Of a stretch of 64,000 nucleotides of DNA, positions 1 to 12,100 are shown in pieces. The translations under genes and the position numbers were made by a program. The first letter of the stretch is position 1, and each line of letters begins with the position of its first letter. The notes below the pieces were generated by a model. That model had not been told where the DNA came from. It ran no database searches and was given only the letters and a program-made list of their open reading frames with translations. The DNA comes from Raillietiella orientalis (taxonomy: Eukaryota), in assembly GCA_036172245.1 (NCBI GenBank), contig JAYWIR010000066.1, positions 1 to 64,000 on the forward strand, read 5' to 3'.

Positions 1-1080
1 GTCTCTGAGAGGGAGAGGTACGCGTGGCTCCCATTCTCACCAGGGTGCCGTAACCAAGCAGCTCGTGATGGGCCACCTGTCCGCACGAGTCAAAGCCGCA
101 CGCGGATCGTCCCTATCGAGGGAATCGACTGGACCGTGGCCAGACTTCATTGCAGTGGAAAACCCCTTTGCGGTTACCGTGCTGACAGATGCATCCGCTG
201 ACTGCTTCCTTTTTCAGACTCCCTGATTGAGTACGGACGGGGAGGACGCGTTCAAATAGCGTGCAAGCCTCGGGGGACGCTCCGTGGAGGCGAGTCCGGC
301 AGAGACCAGGAACCAACCAAGGTCGCCGTGACCTCTGCGTAGACCAGGCAGCAGGCGACTGCGTTTAGCGCTTTCCAGGGAGTGTGAGCAACAGGCCGGG
401 ACAGGGAGGCAGACGAGTCCGCAAGATCTTTCAGCCTCGCTTCCTTCTTCCCGTCGCTCGGGATCCTTTGGAAACCTACCGGCGAGGACCCACACCCTCT
501 TAGCAGTGTCTTCCTGTTCTTCGTCCCAGGCACATTCCCGACCTCCGTATACCCCAGGTCTCTCCTGCAGGCAGGCATAGGCTACGAGGGTGGAGGAAAA
601 CCCTCCTATCGAGCCACACTCCCGCTAGCAATGGAGCCACTGGGTCTGGCCGCACACCGCCACCCTACAGCTGGCGACGAGCAATGCACTTCGCAGCCGA
701 AGGGACCTCTGGATGAGGGGCTTCTCCGCACCCGTCCTACACACCTCTCTCACCCCATTCACACGGAAGACATCCACGAGATGAATCCCAAAGTTTTCTT
801 TCACCTCTCCTCTCCCCCCCCCCCCCCTCCTTCCCTTTTCTTTTTTTTTGGCAGCGTTTCTGAGGGCCGGTGAATGAGCTGGGCGCGGCGATGCACTCAG
901 AGAGACCAGCGAACCGTCACCACCGCGCCACGGGTTCATCCGAGCAGGTAATCAGAGCCCCTCCCCCCTCCGCACCCAGCGGCGAAAGCGCTAATTGAAC
1001 ACCAAAGGCTCCGGTCATCCTGAAGTGATTCGGGAGCTGCTGAGGAGCCGCGAGTGTTACGGGACGACTCACGTTTCCAT
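1..1080 (-). mobile_element. Possible highly decayed RT fragment
   Basis: Only weak collinear resemblance to the main copy (LIQRSLRLRSALL against VRRGIRQGDSLS). Confidence 0.25.
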
Positions 1081-1109
1081 GGAACCCATTTCACACCCAT
1101 TAAGCAGGC

Positions 1110-1990
1110 ACAACTGCCGGAGGTGAACGAATCCAATCTACTTAGCACTTGCAAAATTGCAATCCTATGGTCAATGAGTTTCCCATTAATTCCGCAGTCC
1201 AAATCAGAAGGGAAAACAAAGCTTGGATATTCGAAACTAAATTCCGGGAAAACGAAGGGAACGAACAAACAAATCGTCGAAGATGTCGTCGAATTTCACG
1301 GAAGACGTGTTTTGAATTCCGCTGAAATGCCCATTCTCCCTTTTCGATAGGCAACGTGTGGTTTCCCTTCTGCACTCCGACCCACGAGTCATCCCACGCA
1401 GACATCTACTTCTACACGAAACCACCACTAGGTGTAGGAAGCGCCGTAGAAATTTGGTGGAAAAATGAAAATAGAAATGGAGGAAAAAAGGATTCGACTG
1501 GTGCGATTTTTCATCTCCACCTTTTGACGGTGCTTGCAGATTTCACGCACTTGTGGTACAAAGTCACGTGGGAAAGAAAGACAGCACCGGGCAGGAGGAT
1601 CCATTTTCTGTTCCCGCCGCCGTCCCCGCGTGGGCCACGGCCAGAAGGGTCGCCGTTCGGACCTTCCGAGCCTTTACCACTTTCGAAGTGGCCGAGTGCA
1701 GCGCATTGGAAGTACCACGCGAAATGGTGGTGGTGGTGTACAGTTGCACAACACAAAGTTCGCGCGCGACAACCCACTCTCAGCAAATTCATGGAAGTCG
1801 CACACGACACTGCAGATGGAGGAACGGGAAGAATAGAGAAGAAAAAAGAAAAGAAAAATCCGAAGTGGGGCCATCGAGCCATCCGGGTTGGGCACCAGCG
1901 CTTGAAGGGCAGTCGTACGCAGAAGCAAAAACTCACAGAAGTCTTTGATCCTCAAGATGTCTTTCGGAAATCCAGGTTGAAAAAATTCTA
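1110..1990 (+). pseudogene. Possible decayed Mutator-like (MULE) transposase fragment
   Basis: SFPLI....GKTKLGYSKL and ARQPTLSKFMEV resemble, in the expected order, the P-L..KT...Y and HP....F.E regions of animal MULE transposases. Multiple frameshifts. Confidence 0.35.
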
Positions 1991-3254
1991 CTTGAATTTA
2001 AGAAAACCGAAAAGTCCACTGAAACAGCACAGGGAAGATGAAGACGAAACGAGCTGACTAAGGGCACGTTGAGACGAAGCCCCCCCCCCCCCTCAACTGC
2101 CGGACGATCAGACGGTAAGGAAGCGGCAGCCGAAGAACGGTCTGGATGTTTGTTTCCTGCCTTTTTCTCTCCAGGAGCCGCACCCTTACTTTTATGGACA
2201 TCCAGGAAGCTTCCGCCATGTGAAGAGGTTCGTTAAACACCAAACGAAAACACATGCCGACTGCGTGGAATGAGAATGAAACGACGAGCAACATAGAGAG
2301 AGGACAGGAGAACGGTTGATGAAGCAAAGGAAGAATCCTCGTCCATCTTCGCAATGAATACACATTTCCTGTTTTGGGAACATTCCCCACCGAAGACGAG
2401 CGATCCGATTCCAAGCACGCGCCAACACCGATGTTTCACGCCCCCCCCCCACGATGTCTTGGAGACATCGCTTATTCCACGGCTACCGAAGCAGAATCCT
2501 CCATCCTCCGGAAGATTTTCAACGCGACAAACTTGAAAGGCACCGACGGAAGATTTCGGGAGCAGACTGCCACCGGAGAGCGCGTTTGCGCGCAAAACAG
2601 GGGTGCTCCGTTCGAGGCTGACAAACAGACCCCAGAAAGATGGGATCAGAGAAGCAGTGCAGAAGAGCCACGAGCACTGCAGGAAGGAAGCGCCACCATT
2701 TTGAACAACACCGCAAAGAAGCAGGACCAGGGAGATCAGCTGAGGCAAATACATCAGGAGTTGGGGGGGTGGGGAGGTAATTCAGAGTGACACGACGATG
2801 ATCCGGACCTCGTACTTTATGTACATACAGATAGAGGTTTCGTCGTGTACATTTTTCCTGAAGACTACATTGCTACTAGGGTGTGCAACGGAAAAAAAAA
2901 AATCATCTGTGCGGTAGCGGTTTGGCAGCCTGGGAAGACCAAATCAAATCGAGTTGCACACAGAGTGCTAAAAAAAGAAAAGAAAAGCATAGCTAACAGG
3001 ATTGCCAGAACTGGAACAAGAGACGTCTCTCAAGATGCATTCGTTTCTGGGAAACTGGAAAGATTTCGCACGACTGGCGTCCCCTCCCCCCCCCCCCCCC
3101 CTTCCCCGCCCAACACCACGCTCGCGGTCACCACGACTGGGAGAGTCCCCCGATCGTCCTCCTGGAACAGATCCGGACGAAAGGCACCTTCGGGGCAGTT
3201 CTTTTTCTTTCGCGCCGGTTGTTCTGGCAGCGTTTCCCGGTCGCTGTCGTTTTT

Positions 3255-3940
3255 TGTGTGGAAGAAGCAAGCGAGAAGACGCCACTCTACGAGGAGGAAT
3301 GAGCGTGGGTCCCCATGTGTGTGGAAGAAGCAAGCGAGAAGACGCCACTCTACGAGGAGGATGAGCGTGGTCCCCATGTGTGTGGAAGAAGCAAGCGAGA
3401 AGACGCCACTCTACGAGGAGGGATGAGCGTGGGTCCCCATGTGTGTGGAAGAAGCAAGCGAGAAGACGCCACTCTACGAGGAGGGATGAGCGTGGGTCCC
3501 CATGTGTGTGGAAGAAGCAAGCGAGAAGACGCCACTCTACGAGGAGGGATGAGCGTGGGTCCCCATGTGTGTGGAAGAAGCAAGCGAGAAGACGCCACTC
3601 TACGAGGAGGGATGAGCGTGGGTCCCCATGTGTGTGGAAGAAGCAAGCGAGAAGACGCCACTCTACGAGGAGATGAGCGTGGGTCCCCATGTGTGTGGAA
3701 GAAGCAAGCGAGAAGACGCCACTCTACGAGGAGGGATGAGCGTGGGTCCCCATGTGTGTGGAAGAAGCAAGCGAGAAGACGCCACTCTACGAGGAGGGAT
3801 GAGCGTGGGTCCCCATGTGTGTGGAAGAAGCAAGCGAGAAGACGCCACTCTACGAGGAGGAATGAGCGTGGGTGCACATGTGTGTAGAAGAAGTATGATG
3901 TCACGAGGATTAAAGAGTGTAGGTCCACATGTGCGTAAAA
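3255..3940. repeat. 63-bp minisatellite, about 10 near-identical units plus a degenerate one
   Basis: Unit TGTGTGGAAGAAGCAAGCGAGAAGACGCCACTCTACGAGGAGGGATGAGCGTGGGTCCCCATG in head-to-tail array with 1-3 nt indels and no spacers. Confidence 0.97.
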
Positions 3941-5879
3941 CTGTGAAGGGATACTGCTTCGTTTTTGTGCTTTTTTTCTTAAATGAAGAGGAAAAAAGGT
4001 ACCTTCTGTCTGCTGAAGAGGTCGCAGGTTTTCAGCCCGTACTTTGGGATGGACCGTGTCCTGATGAATGCAGGCTGAGTTTTAGACGGTTCTATGTGAA
4101 CTCTGGGAGGTCGTGAGACCTTGCTGTAAACCATAAGAAGCTTTCTGGTTCTACTGCTTCACAGCTGCCGCAAAAGACGGATCCTGCTGGTCGGTCTCTT
4201 CGAAGTTCTCAGAAAGCGGGGAATCTTTCGAGACGTCTGACGTCATGCAGTTCCCTGATTGCATTTTCCCCTCTGTTCCCAAAAGACTTCCTCGCTTTGT
4301 CTCTTCTGCATGAGCAGTTCGCTAAGTGCTCCCAGCATCCCTGAGAAAGGAGAGGTCGGCTGGCATGAGTAAACCCGGAAACAGGACCTGGGATGAGTAG
4401 AGGCAAAGGACTCCCATCTCGAACATGGGTATGGAGTCCGTTGCCTCTCCGTCGCAGGCCTCGAGGGAAATGTTGCCTCCGCTAAGAACGAGAAGAGACA
4501 GGGATCTGCACGTGGGCGTTTTCTCATCACGAGAGGAGAAGGGAGATGCTTGCTCGGAAAGGTTGGCTTTGATGAACGTCAATAAGGGCTGATCGAAGTT
4601 TGCGCTGCTCCAGGATAGTCCTTCTCCGTCCTCATGCATTTAGAATAGATGGTCAGTCACACTTTCAAGGGGCTGGACTTGTGAGACCTCCGAGAGGGCT
4701 CATCGTGCCGACGGAACGCTTAGCAGATCGGCATCGAACGCGGGAGGAAGAGCGCGGTTGCGACTGCGCCCGTTGTTCGTGCCCCGTTCATCCTGGGGGT
4801 GAGGGGATCGCTCAAGAGACGCAGAAATGATGGCAGAACAAAGGCAAGAGATGCGTGCCTTCCGTGCGGCTGCATCAAGCATCTGGCTACTTTGCATCTT
4901 TCTTAGGGTTTTTCTGAAGGGAGCAGCGCGCTTCTTGCACTCTGGAGAAGTATCAGCCAGCTCCGTGGTGTGCAGTGGTGCGGCTTCATCTCCACCAACG
5001 GAGAGGAACCGCGAAGGCAACTGATGCTCCCCGATTCCTGCAATGACTCCGAGGGTCAGCTTCCGATCCCGGCCACTCGGCGGGGGCGTCCGGTCTTCAG
5101 CACGCGTCACAAGCGGCATCCCGGTGCCGCACCCGATGCCTATCAGCCAACCGGCGTCATTCTGCCGGTGGGGAAGTGGGGTGCGGTGGGAGGCTGGGAA
5201 CGTGGGCATCTGTCTCTTTCCATCACTGAATGAATTGGTCGAAGGACGTCTCCGAAATAGGCTGGACACCTACGCGGATTCTGACCTACGAGCAACAAAC
5301 CGCTTTTGATTCATTAGACGTCCAGGGAATGGTCCCAGGCCCTCCTCCCTGCCGCCTTCCTCCCGGGAGACGTGCGGGCAAGCCTCCAGAGAAAAAATCC
5401 ATCCGGTGGCAGCCAACGATGCGATCCTTCCATTCCCTTTAAGGGGGACGCTGCCGTCTGAGAGCTTGCCCGTAACCTTCCGGGTCAGGGCAACCGAAGT
5501 GCTGCCGTCGTTTGTGCTCAAGCAGGAGACAGAGTGGACTCTGGATAAACCGCTTCGTGGACGTAGAGCCACGAACTCTCGCGTGAGCGGTAAGGACGAC
5601 GAGGCACCTTTCCACGTAAACCACTGTCCACTCGTCAACGACAAACCGACACATCTCCTGTTCAAGATCCTCCCAGGAAGGAATGCACCTTTCCAATCGG
5701 GGAAGATGGAAACCTGGACGTCAGCACCTCGCGCTCGGCGCTAATGACCAGGGCCACCGCTCCATTCAAAGGGGAGCTTCAAACTCCATCCACTCCAACG
5801 GAAGAATCACCTTCTCAGATTTTCATCGGGGCTAGACGGATCGCAAAGAATGACAGCAGCACGCTGAACTGATAATGAT

Positions 5880-5885
5880 TTTATT
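5880..5885 (-). terminator. Candidate polyadenylation signal (AATAAA) of the prohormone-4 homologue
   Basis: tttatt on the plus strand, about 55 nt downstream of the stop codon. Confidence 0.55.
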
Positions 5886-5938
5886 GAAATGCTTAATCTA
5901 AGTTTCTGGATAGATCCGGATGATGCCAGGGTGACCTT

Positions 5939-6138
5939 CTAAGGAGAATCCAAAAAGCCGGTGTGGGTCAATTTCTGCAGGAAGTATTTGAGATCTGCAA
6001 GTTCCGAGTCCTTGAAGCCCATGCTTTTCAGCATCCCGACATCACCGCGGAGGATGGCAACGAAAACGCTTCGCAGATGATTGATATCTGATCTCATCAA
6101 ATGCAGAGCTGCTCCGAAATCTTCAATGGTCACAGACT
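5939..6138 (-). CDS. Prohormone-4 homologue exon 4 (terminal coding exon)
   Basis: Polypyrimidine acceptor tttctctttttctcctcgaacag|. Encodes ESVTIEDFGAALHLMRSD...THTGFLDSP followed by TAG. Confidence 0.96.
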
Positions 6139-9100
6139 CTGTTCGAGGAGAAAAAGAGAAACAAAGTTTTCTTACTCGAATCATCTCAGGTTTTCACATG
6201 TGCGCTTTGACCTGTTGAGCGAGTTTGACGCACATATGCGTTTCTTATGGATTTCTAATGAGTTTTTTTTTTTTTTCACTTTCTCTCATGTACCGAGTTT
6301 CTTATTTTTGTAAAATAACGAAATTTTTATGACAAATTTTTTTTTTCCATCGGAATTTACAATACATCTGCCGTGCGTTTGACGTATCTGTTCGTTTTCG
6401 CCAATTTTAATAACGCCCCTACGGGTAGAAGATCTTATTGAGAAAGTGACTCTCTTAGCAGGTTAAACAGCTCGATGAGAAATGGTTACAGCACAAGGGA
6501 TGTAAAACGAAGGGTTATGAATTTTTTTCTTGATCTACCCTTCCGCCGTCACAGCAGTGCCTTTCAGCAAGGGTATGAACAAAATGGCTCAGAGAGAATC
6601 CAACGGAGCTTTGACATTTTTTTTTTGAAAAGGAAAGGACAAAAAACCGGCCATCACATTCCATTTCGGGATTAACAGTGTTCCCACTCCAGGTTGCGGG
6701 TTTGGCACCACTGCCTTTGGTTTCTTCAAAGCACCCCGTATTTCCCTTGCTAGCGCAAAGTTTACGAGATGCTAGGAACTGAAGTTTGCAAGGGGGAAAA
6801 AAAAAAAACTACTGGAGGAAGCTTTCGGACGGTGTGTCCACCGGCCGGTTTCTTGCAACGCAACCTTGCCCTTCGCAGACCTTCGTAGGTCAAGCATTTT
6901 CAGAGGTTGCGCACGAGGCCGCCGCGAAACGCTCGTTTCCAGCTTTTCACCCTTTGTATCTTCTATTGCGTGATCGCGGGCTACGGAATGGGGAGTAGGG
7001 GCGGTGCCACGAAATCTCCTGTCAAGGGTTTGCGAATTCCCTTTCCTCACCGATGGTGGTCATCGATGAATCCGGCATCAGCTGTCCAGTTCAATCAATT
7101 TTCGCACAGCTCCTTCCAATGAAGGCAAAGAAGCCTCGAAAAGAAAATCCCTGGCAAGAAGATGCAAATTTCACCTTTTTGTTTGAAAATTCCGGATTAT
7201 GTGTATGTACTCCTTCACCATGCAAGATATTTTTGGCGCTGAGTGTACCTCCCGGTCATGCAAACCTCTATTATTTTGCATGTTTTCTTTTTTAAACATG
7301 GAAGCAGCTCATTGGGGATCATTGAGGACGTCGTATTTGAAGGTATCCTTCGCTTTGCTGATCAAGACCCAAGGATATCTGACATCCTTGTCTGACATTA
7401 CTTGAGGGCGAACAATCTTGCATCAACAAACCAACTCTTCTTGCTCCTTTAGACGTGCCCATGCGCGGACTTCCTTAGTCAAAAGGCGAAAGGATTATGC
7501 CCTGGAATGGGGACGGGAGTTGTTCCTTCAGCGTCTGCGGATGCCTCCAGATGCGCAGACATCCTCCTTCCCGTGTGTGATCATCCCAAGTTCGTCCGTG
7601 GTCGCAAGTTAATCCACGAGGGTGGACTGTCTCAGCGAAACAGTCCCCGCCCCCGTGGAAAAGATACACTGGGCTCGCAAATCGAAGACACACAGAACCT
7701 AATCCTGTGCGGTGTTCCTCTTCGAAGACCCCTCGTCTCTAATCTGCGAAGGAAGACCTGGAGTGCTAATGGAATCCTGCGTGTGACGTCTTCATTCCAC
7801 CCACCACCAAGGATAATCCCACGAAGTTTCTCCGCGGAGAGTGGGGAAAGCACGGAGGGATGCTTGTTGCCCTATCCAGTTATCTCGAGGTCATCTTCCG
7901 AGATGGAAAAAGCTTGAAACTTTGGAACAAGGTCAGGAGAGTGGATGAAATGAAATTGAAGGCACGAGAAGGATTTTTTCGATCGTGCAAGAGGAGGGAT
8001 CAATGACTTGCCGAATGGAGAAGCTGAAAAAGTAGACAAGTCACAGCACTTTGGGGAAGACTTGGAAGGAGGACTTTGAGAAGAATGGCTACAGGGAAGT
8101 CGGATGCCAATGAAGCCTCGACAATGCATCCGCCTTTAAAAAAAAAAAAAGAAAAACAAGAGGAGGAGAAAAGTTTCCTGCTTCCAAGGAAGATTCAGTG
8201 AGGATCACAAACAGTTCTTCCTGTGAAGGTGATGCCAACGTGACTTCTCGCAACCCCGTCACAAGGCTTCATTCCTGGAGCTCTATTTTGAGTCCCAGTC
8301 CATCTCCTGAACCGGAAACTGTGAATCGGCGCACCAAGTGCAACGATTTAGAAACAGACCGCTCCGCAGTAGTGCCGCGTTACTTCTAAATCTGCTACTG
8401 AATCTACTGCTAAGTCTACTGCCACGGAATTCACTTCCGAGTCTACCACTTCAGGATCTGCCTCTAGATCTGCTTCTGAAGCTGCTACTTCTAAATACGA
8501 CGGCAACCTTCTTTACGAAACATCCGCTCTTCTTAGTATTCAAAATCGGAAGGAGTGGAGCAGAGGATGCCGAGTTATTTGCTTAATGGATCGACACCGA
8601 AATACATCTAAAATCCATTCGCTCACGTGACATTAATCCAGATGACGGTGAATAAATAAGCAAACCTGCGTGAGCATCTAAAATTAAGTGAGGTGCTTTT
8701 CGATTAGGGTTGCTCATTGCTTCTTTATTTTGCCCTGTTGTTGCACCTTTTCCATTCTATGGCTGTGCTTACATCCCATTTTTACGGACGCTGCGTCTTT
8801 CACGCACTGCACCTCATGTATCATTCTGACATCGGGGAGAGAGGGATGCCATGGTTACTTCCTCTTTATCAACACGAGTCTGAGTACTTCCTACGAAACC
8901 GTTAAGACCGTTTCCAACGGGGCACACAGGAGCAGCAACTTCAGACGGTGCGATCAGTTCCTCAATATTTTATTTTCAATTAACAGCTGAATTAAAGATT
9001 GAGTAGCTGGTGCGGTGTATTCACCATTCTATCGCCGCTCGCGACTGACGCCCTACCCACGTGGATCGGCAGTTAAATGCAGCCTTGGCAAAAAGCGCTT

Positions 9101-12100
9101 TTGATCTCCCGGGTAGGGGAGAGGAGATTTTTGAAAAAAATGGATAAAGAAAGCAAATCCTTGAGGAATGATCAGTAAGTATGCAACTCTCGGAAAATTC
9201 CAGGTATCTTTCCGTGTCCATTCGCCTCGAGTCATTCTCTTGCGCGCTTTCCTTTTGATCGCTCTCTTTTTGTCCGATACGGCACGGAGCCACCGAGCTA
9301 CACGCTGAAAGAGATTTCGATGAGGGCGCCACCGTTCGTTTCCTAAGGTTCGGCACGCTTCCGCCCATTCCTACCTGTTCGATGTTAGGGAATGAAAGAC
9401 CACAAGGGACGTTTTCCATACCTGAAAGTGCTATCGCGACTTTTTCGACTCCGCCCAGGGGGGCAAGGGCATCCCTCGCCTTGGATCCGAAGAGTTTCTG
9501 CAAGAAGTTCGGACCGTGGCTTTCGATGAGCGACTTCAGGAAGCTCGCCGTTTCCTCCACCGGAGGGCGCCTTGCTGCAAAGACAGGATCCGCAGCTGAA
9601 CGTGGGCAGGCAAAAAGAGGGCTGGGCCGTCGTCGATCGCGGGTTCTCCGCACGGGGCACCGCCTGCTTGCCGGACGGCTCGCGGCGTCGAGGATGTAAG
9701 CGGCGCTTCCTCCTCGCAGCGAGCGGAGGGCACGCGTGGCCCAACGCACCGCGTGCGACGGCGGAAAGCTGGTGGTGCCTCGAGCATCCACCAGCTGGGC
9801 ACATGTCCGTTTGTCCCTGTTTTCCGATCCCTAGAAGCGTGCGCTGGAGTCCACCCGAAGTCGGACAGTGCAGCACCTGCAGTGCAGGACCACCGCAACG
9901 AGGCAGAGAACGAAGGTGCTGCGTGTGTGTGCGCAAGAGGAGGAGGGAAAGAAAATGCATTCTGGAAGATGCGGCTCCTAAAAAGACGCGTCCTCTTCGT
10001 TTGGGGAAAGCTTGGAGCCGCCGTGCAAGAGGGTCCTCAGCACCGTGCCTTCGTGGGCAGGGGTGATCCCCAGGAAGTTTGCGACCCAAGCCGGTAGGTC
10101 GGGGCGCTCGGCAGCGAGCCGTGGTCGCATTTCGACTGGGCACTTCCCTAGCGGGCGGCGGCTCCGCTTCGCACCCTTCGGGTCGAAGGGGGCTGCCGAA
10201 GAGGCGGCCGCTCCTGGGGTCGGCCGGGATCACCAGGCTCCCTAATTGTTGCGCACGGACGCCCTTCTGTTGCCAGGGCTCTTTCCGGAGCCTATGCAAA
10301 ACACCTCATTTAGATAAGCGATTTAGATCAGGTTAATGATCCAGGAAAAGTCGTTATGTGTCTCCCGAGTGCTTCGGCAGTCTATCTCTCCCTCTCGTGG
10401 GATCGAAGTGTGTTTTATGATAGGAACGCCAGGGATTTCTGTGTGCGCGTGTGTGTGTCTCGAGGAAGAGGGGAAGGATGGTTGTTCCTGCCCGCCTCCT
10501 TTCGCTGCTCCGAACCCGGGATGCCGCGACGCTTCTTGCGGAATGGATCCTCGCGTTGATGTTTCATCCCAGCTCGAGTTCAGAGAGACTCCACCCCGAT
10601 CCCTGGACACGGAGACGAGCGGGAGAGATTGAAACGGAAAGGGTGCATTCAGACGGGAGAGAGAGGCGTGTGAGATGCGGCGGTTCGCGTGCATCCTCTC
10701 GCTGTTTTCATGCTTATTCGGAGGGAAAGGGGGACCAAAGAAGGAAGAGGAGAAGAAGAAGAGGAAGGGGGAGAGACCGAAAACAACAATCAGACATTCC
10801 GTGCTGGCCGGGAAGAAGATTCCCGTGCACGCCGAGGAACCTGAATTCGGTTGGCTGAGGAATACCGGGATACTTCGGGTCCGGCTCCGCTCGCTGTACA
10901 TGGATTCACCCGCAGTCGTAATTTTCAATTAAGTGCGATGACGTAGAGGCACAGAATTACCTCCTCATCATCTGGGGAATTGATCCTCACAGTGTACAGA
11001 GGATGCGAGAATGATGCGAGGGATTAGCTGACTCCGGAGGCTTGGGAAATGCACGAGGAGCTCGCATGGAAAATGGAAGGGAGGAGACCAAAAGAGATTA
11101 GAAGATGCTTCAGTCTCTTTCTTTCTTTTCTTTTTTGAAAGCGCACTGTTTCTTCTCCTTTTCCTATCCTCAAAGTGCACGCTAATGGAGCCACCGAATA
11201 GTTGCTGTTGTCGCCTTCGATCGGCTGCATAAAGAAACCTCTGACGAAGTCTTGTCGTTACTGCCCTGTTCTTCAGCGGATTGCCCTTTTAGAAGAGCCA
11301 ATCCCGAAAGGAGATTTCGCCCCCCAAAAGCGTCGCGATGGCAACAAAGGTGCAGGGGGCAGCAAATAGGGGAAAAAGCAGAGACGAAAAGGGTTCCAAA
11401 AATGGGTCTGGCGGGAAAAAGTTCCCCCGCTTCTTTTGTTTTGTTCTCGGTGGATGAGACTGTGTCTCACTTTCGTAACCCCTCGCTCTCTTCCTCCTCC
11501 TCCTCTTCTTCTCCAAAAAAGCAAAAAAACAAAAAACAAACAAACCTGGAAAGCTGCATCATTATTTGCTTCTCTCGCAAAGAACGACCCCGTCTGTTCG
11601 GCGAAATGATCCTGGGAGATTCCTCCGAGAGATGGGAATCTGCCTCAACAGAAAATTGCTTGTCTCTTATTCACTGAGAACTCCGAGGACCATTCCCAGA
11701 GGATAGGACGCTTCCCCCCCCCCCATGCAATCGTAGGTGTGCCTTCCCGCTTCGATGTTAACAAATGAGTGCCGAGTCCTTGGGGCGCGCTGCTCGAGAC
11801 TCCGGGCGTCAAGAAACGAAGGCCGGAAGGAAGGGAAAAAGGAAAAGAAATCCAGTGGAGGAGTCGGCGATCCGTCAACCTCCTGCCGCGCTCAGTCCTC
11901 GGCGCGTGGCCGTGGACGTCCACCTCCTCGTAGTCGCCCCCAGGAGCGCGCCAAAAGGACCCACCAAGGGAAATTCCTGCACTGGAAAAGAGAGAAAAGG
12001 GAAATGCAAGTCTGCGGGTTGAGACGGGGAACCTGTCCCTACCGCAGACCTCGGATAGCTGCCCCTTTTCCTGCCGGGGGATCGAAACTCGGGACAGCCA

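Noticed and set aside
3255..3940. CRISPR-like regular array and repetitive ORFs
   Set aside because: Units are contiguous with no unique spacers, there are no cas genes and the context is eukaryotic. Indels break the reading frames.
8375..8630. Ser/Thr-rich or Leu-rich reading from a 12-bp degenerate repeat
   Set aside because: Short low-complexity intronic repeat with no supported start or splice sites.
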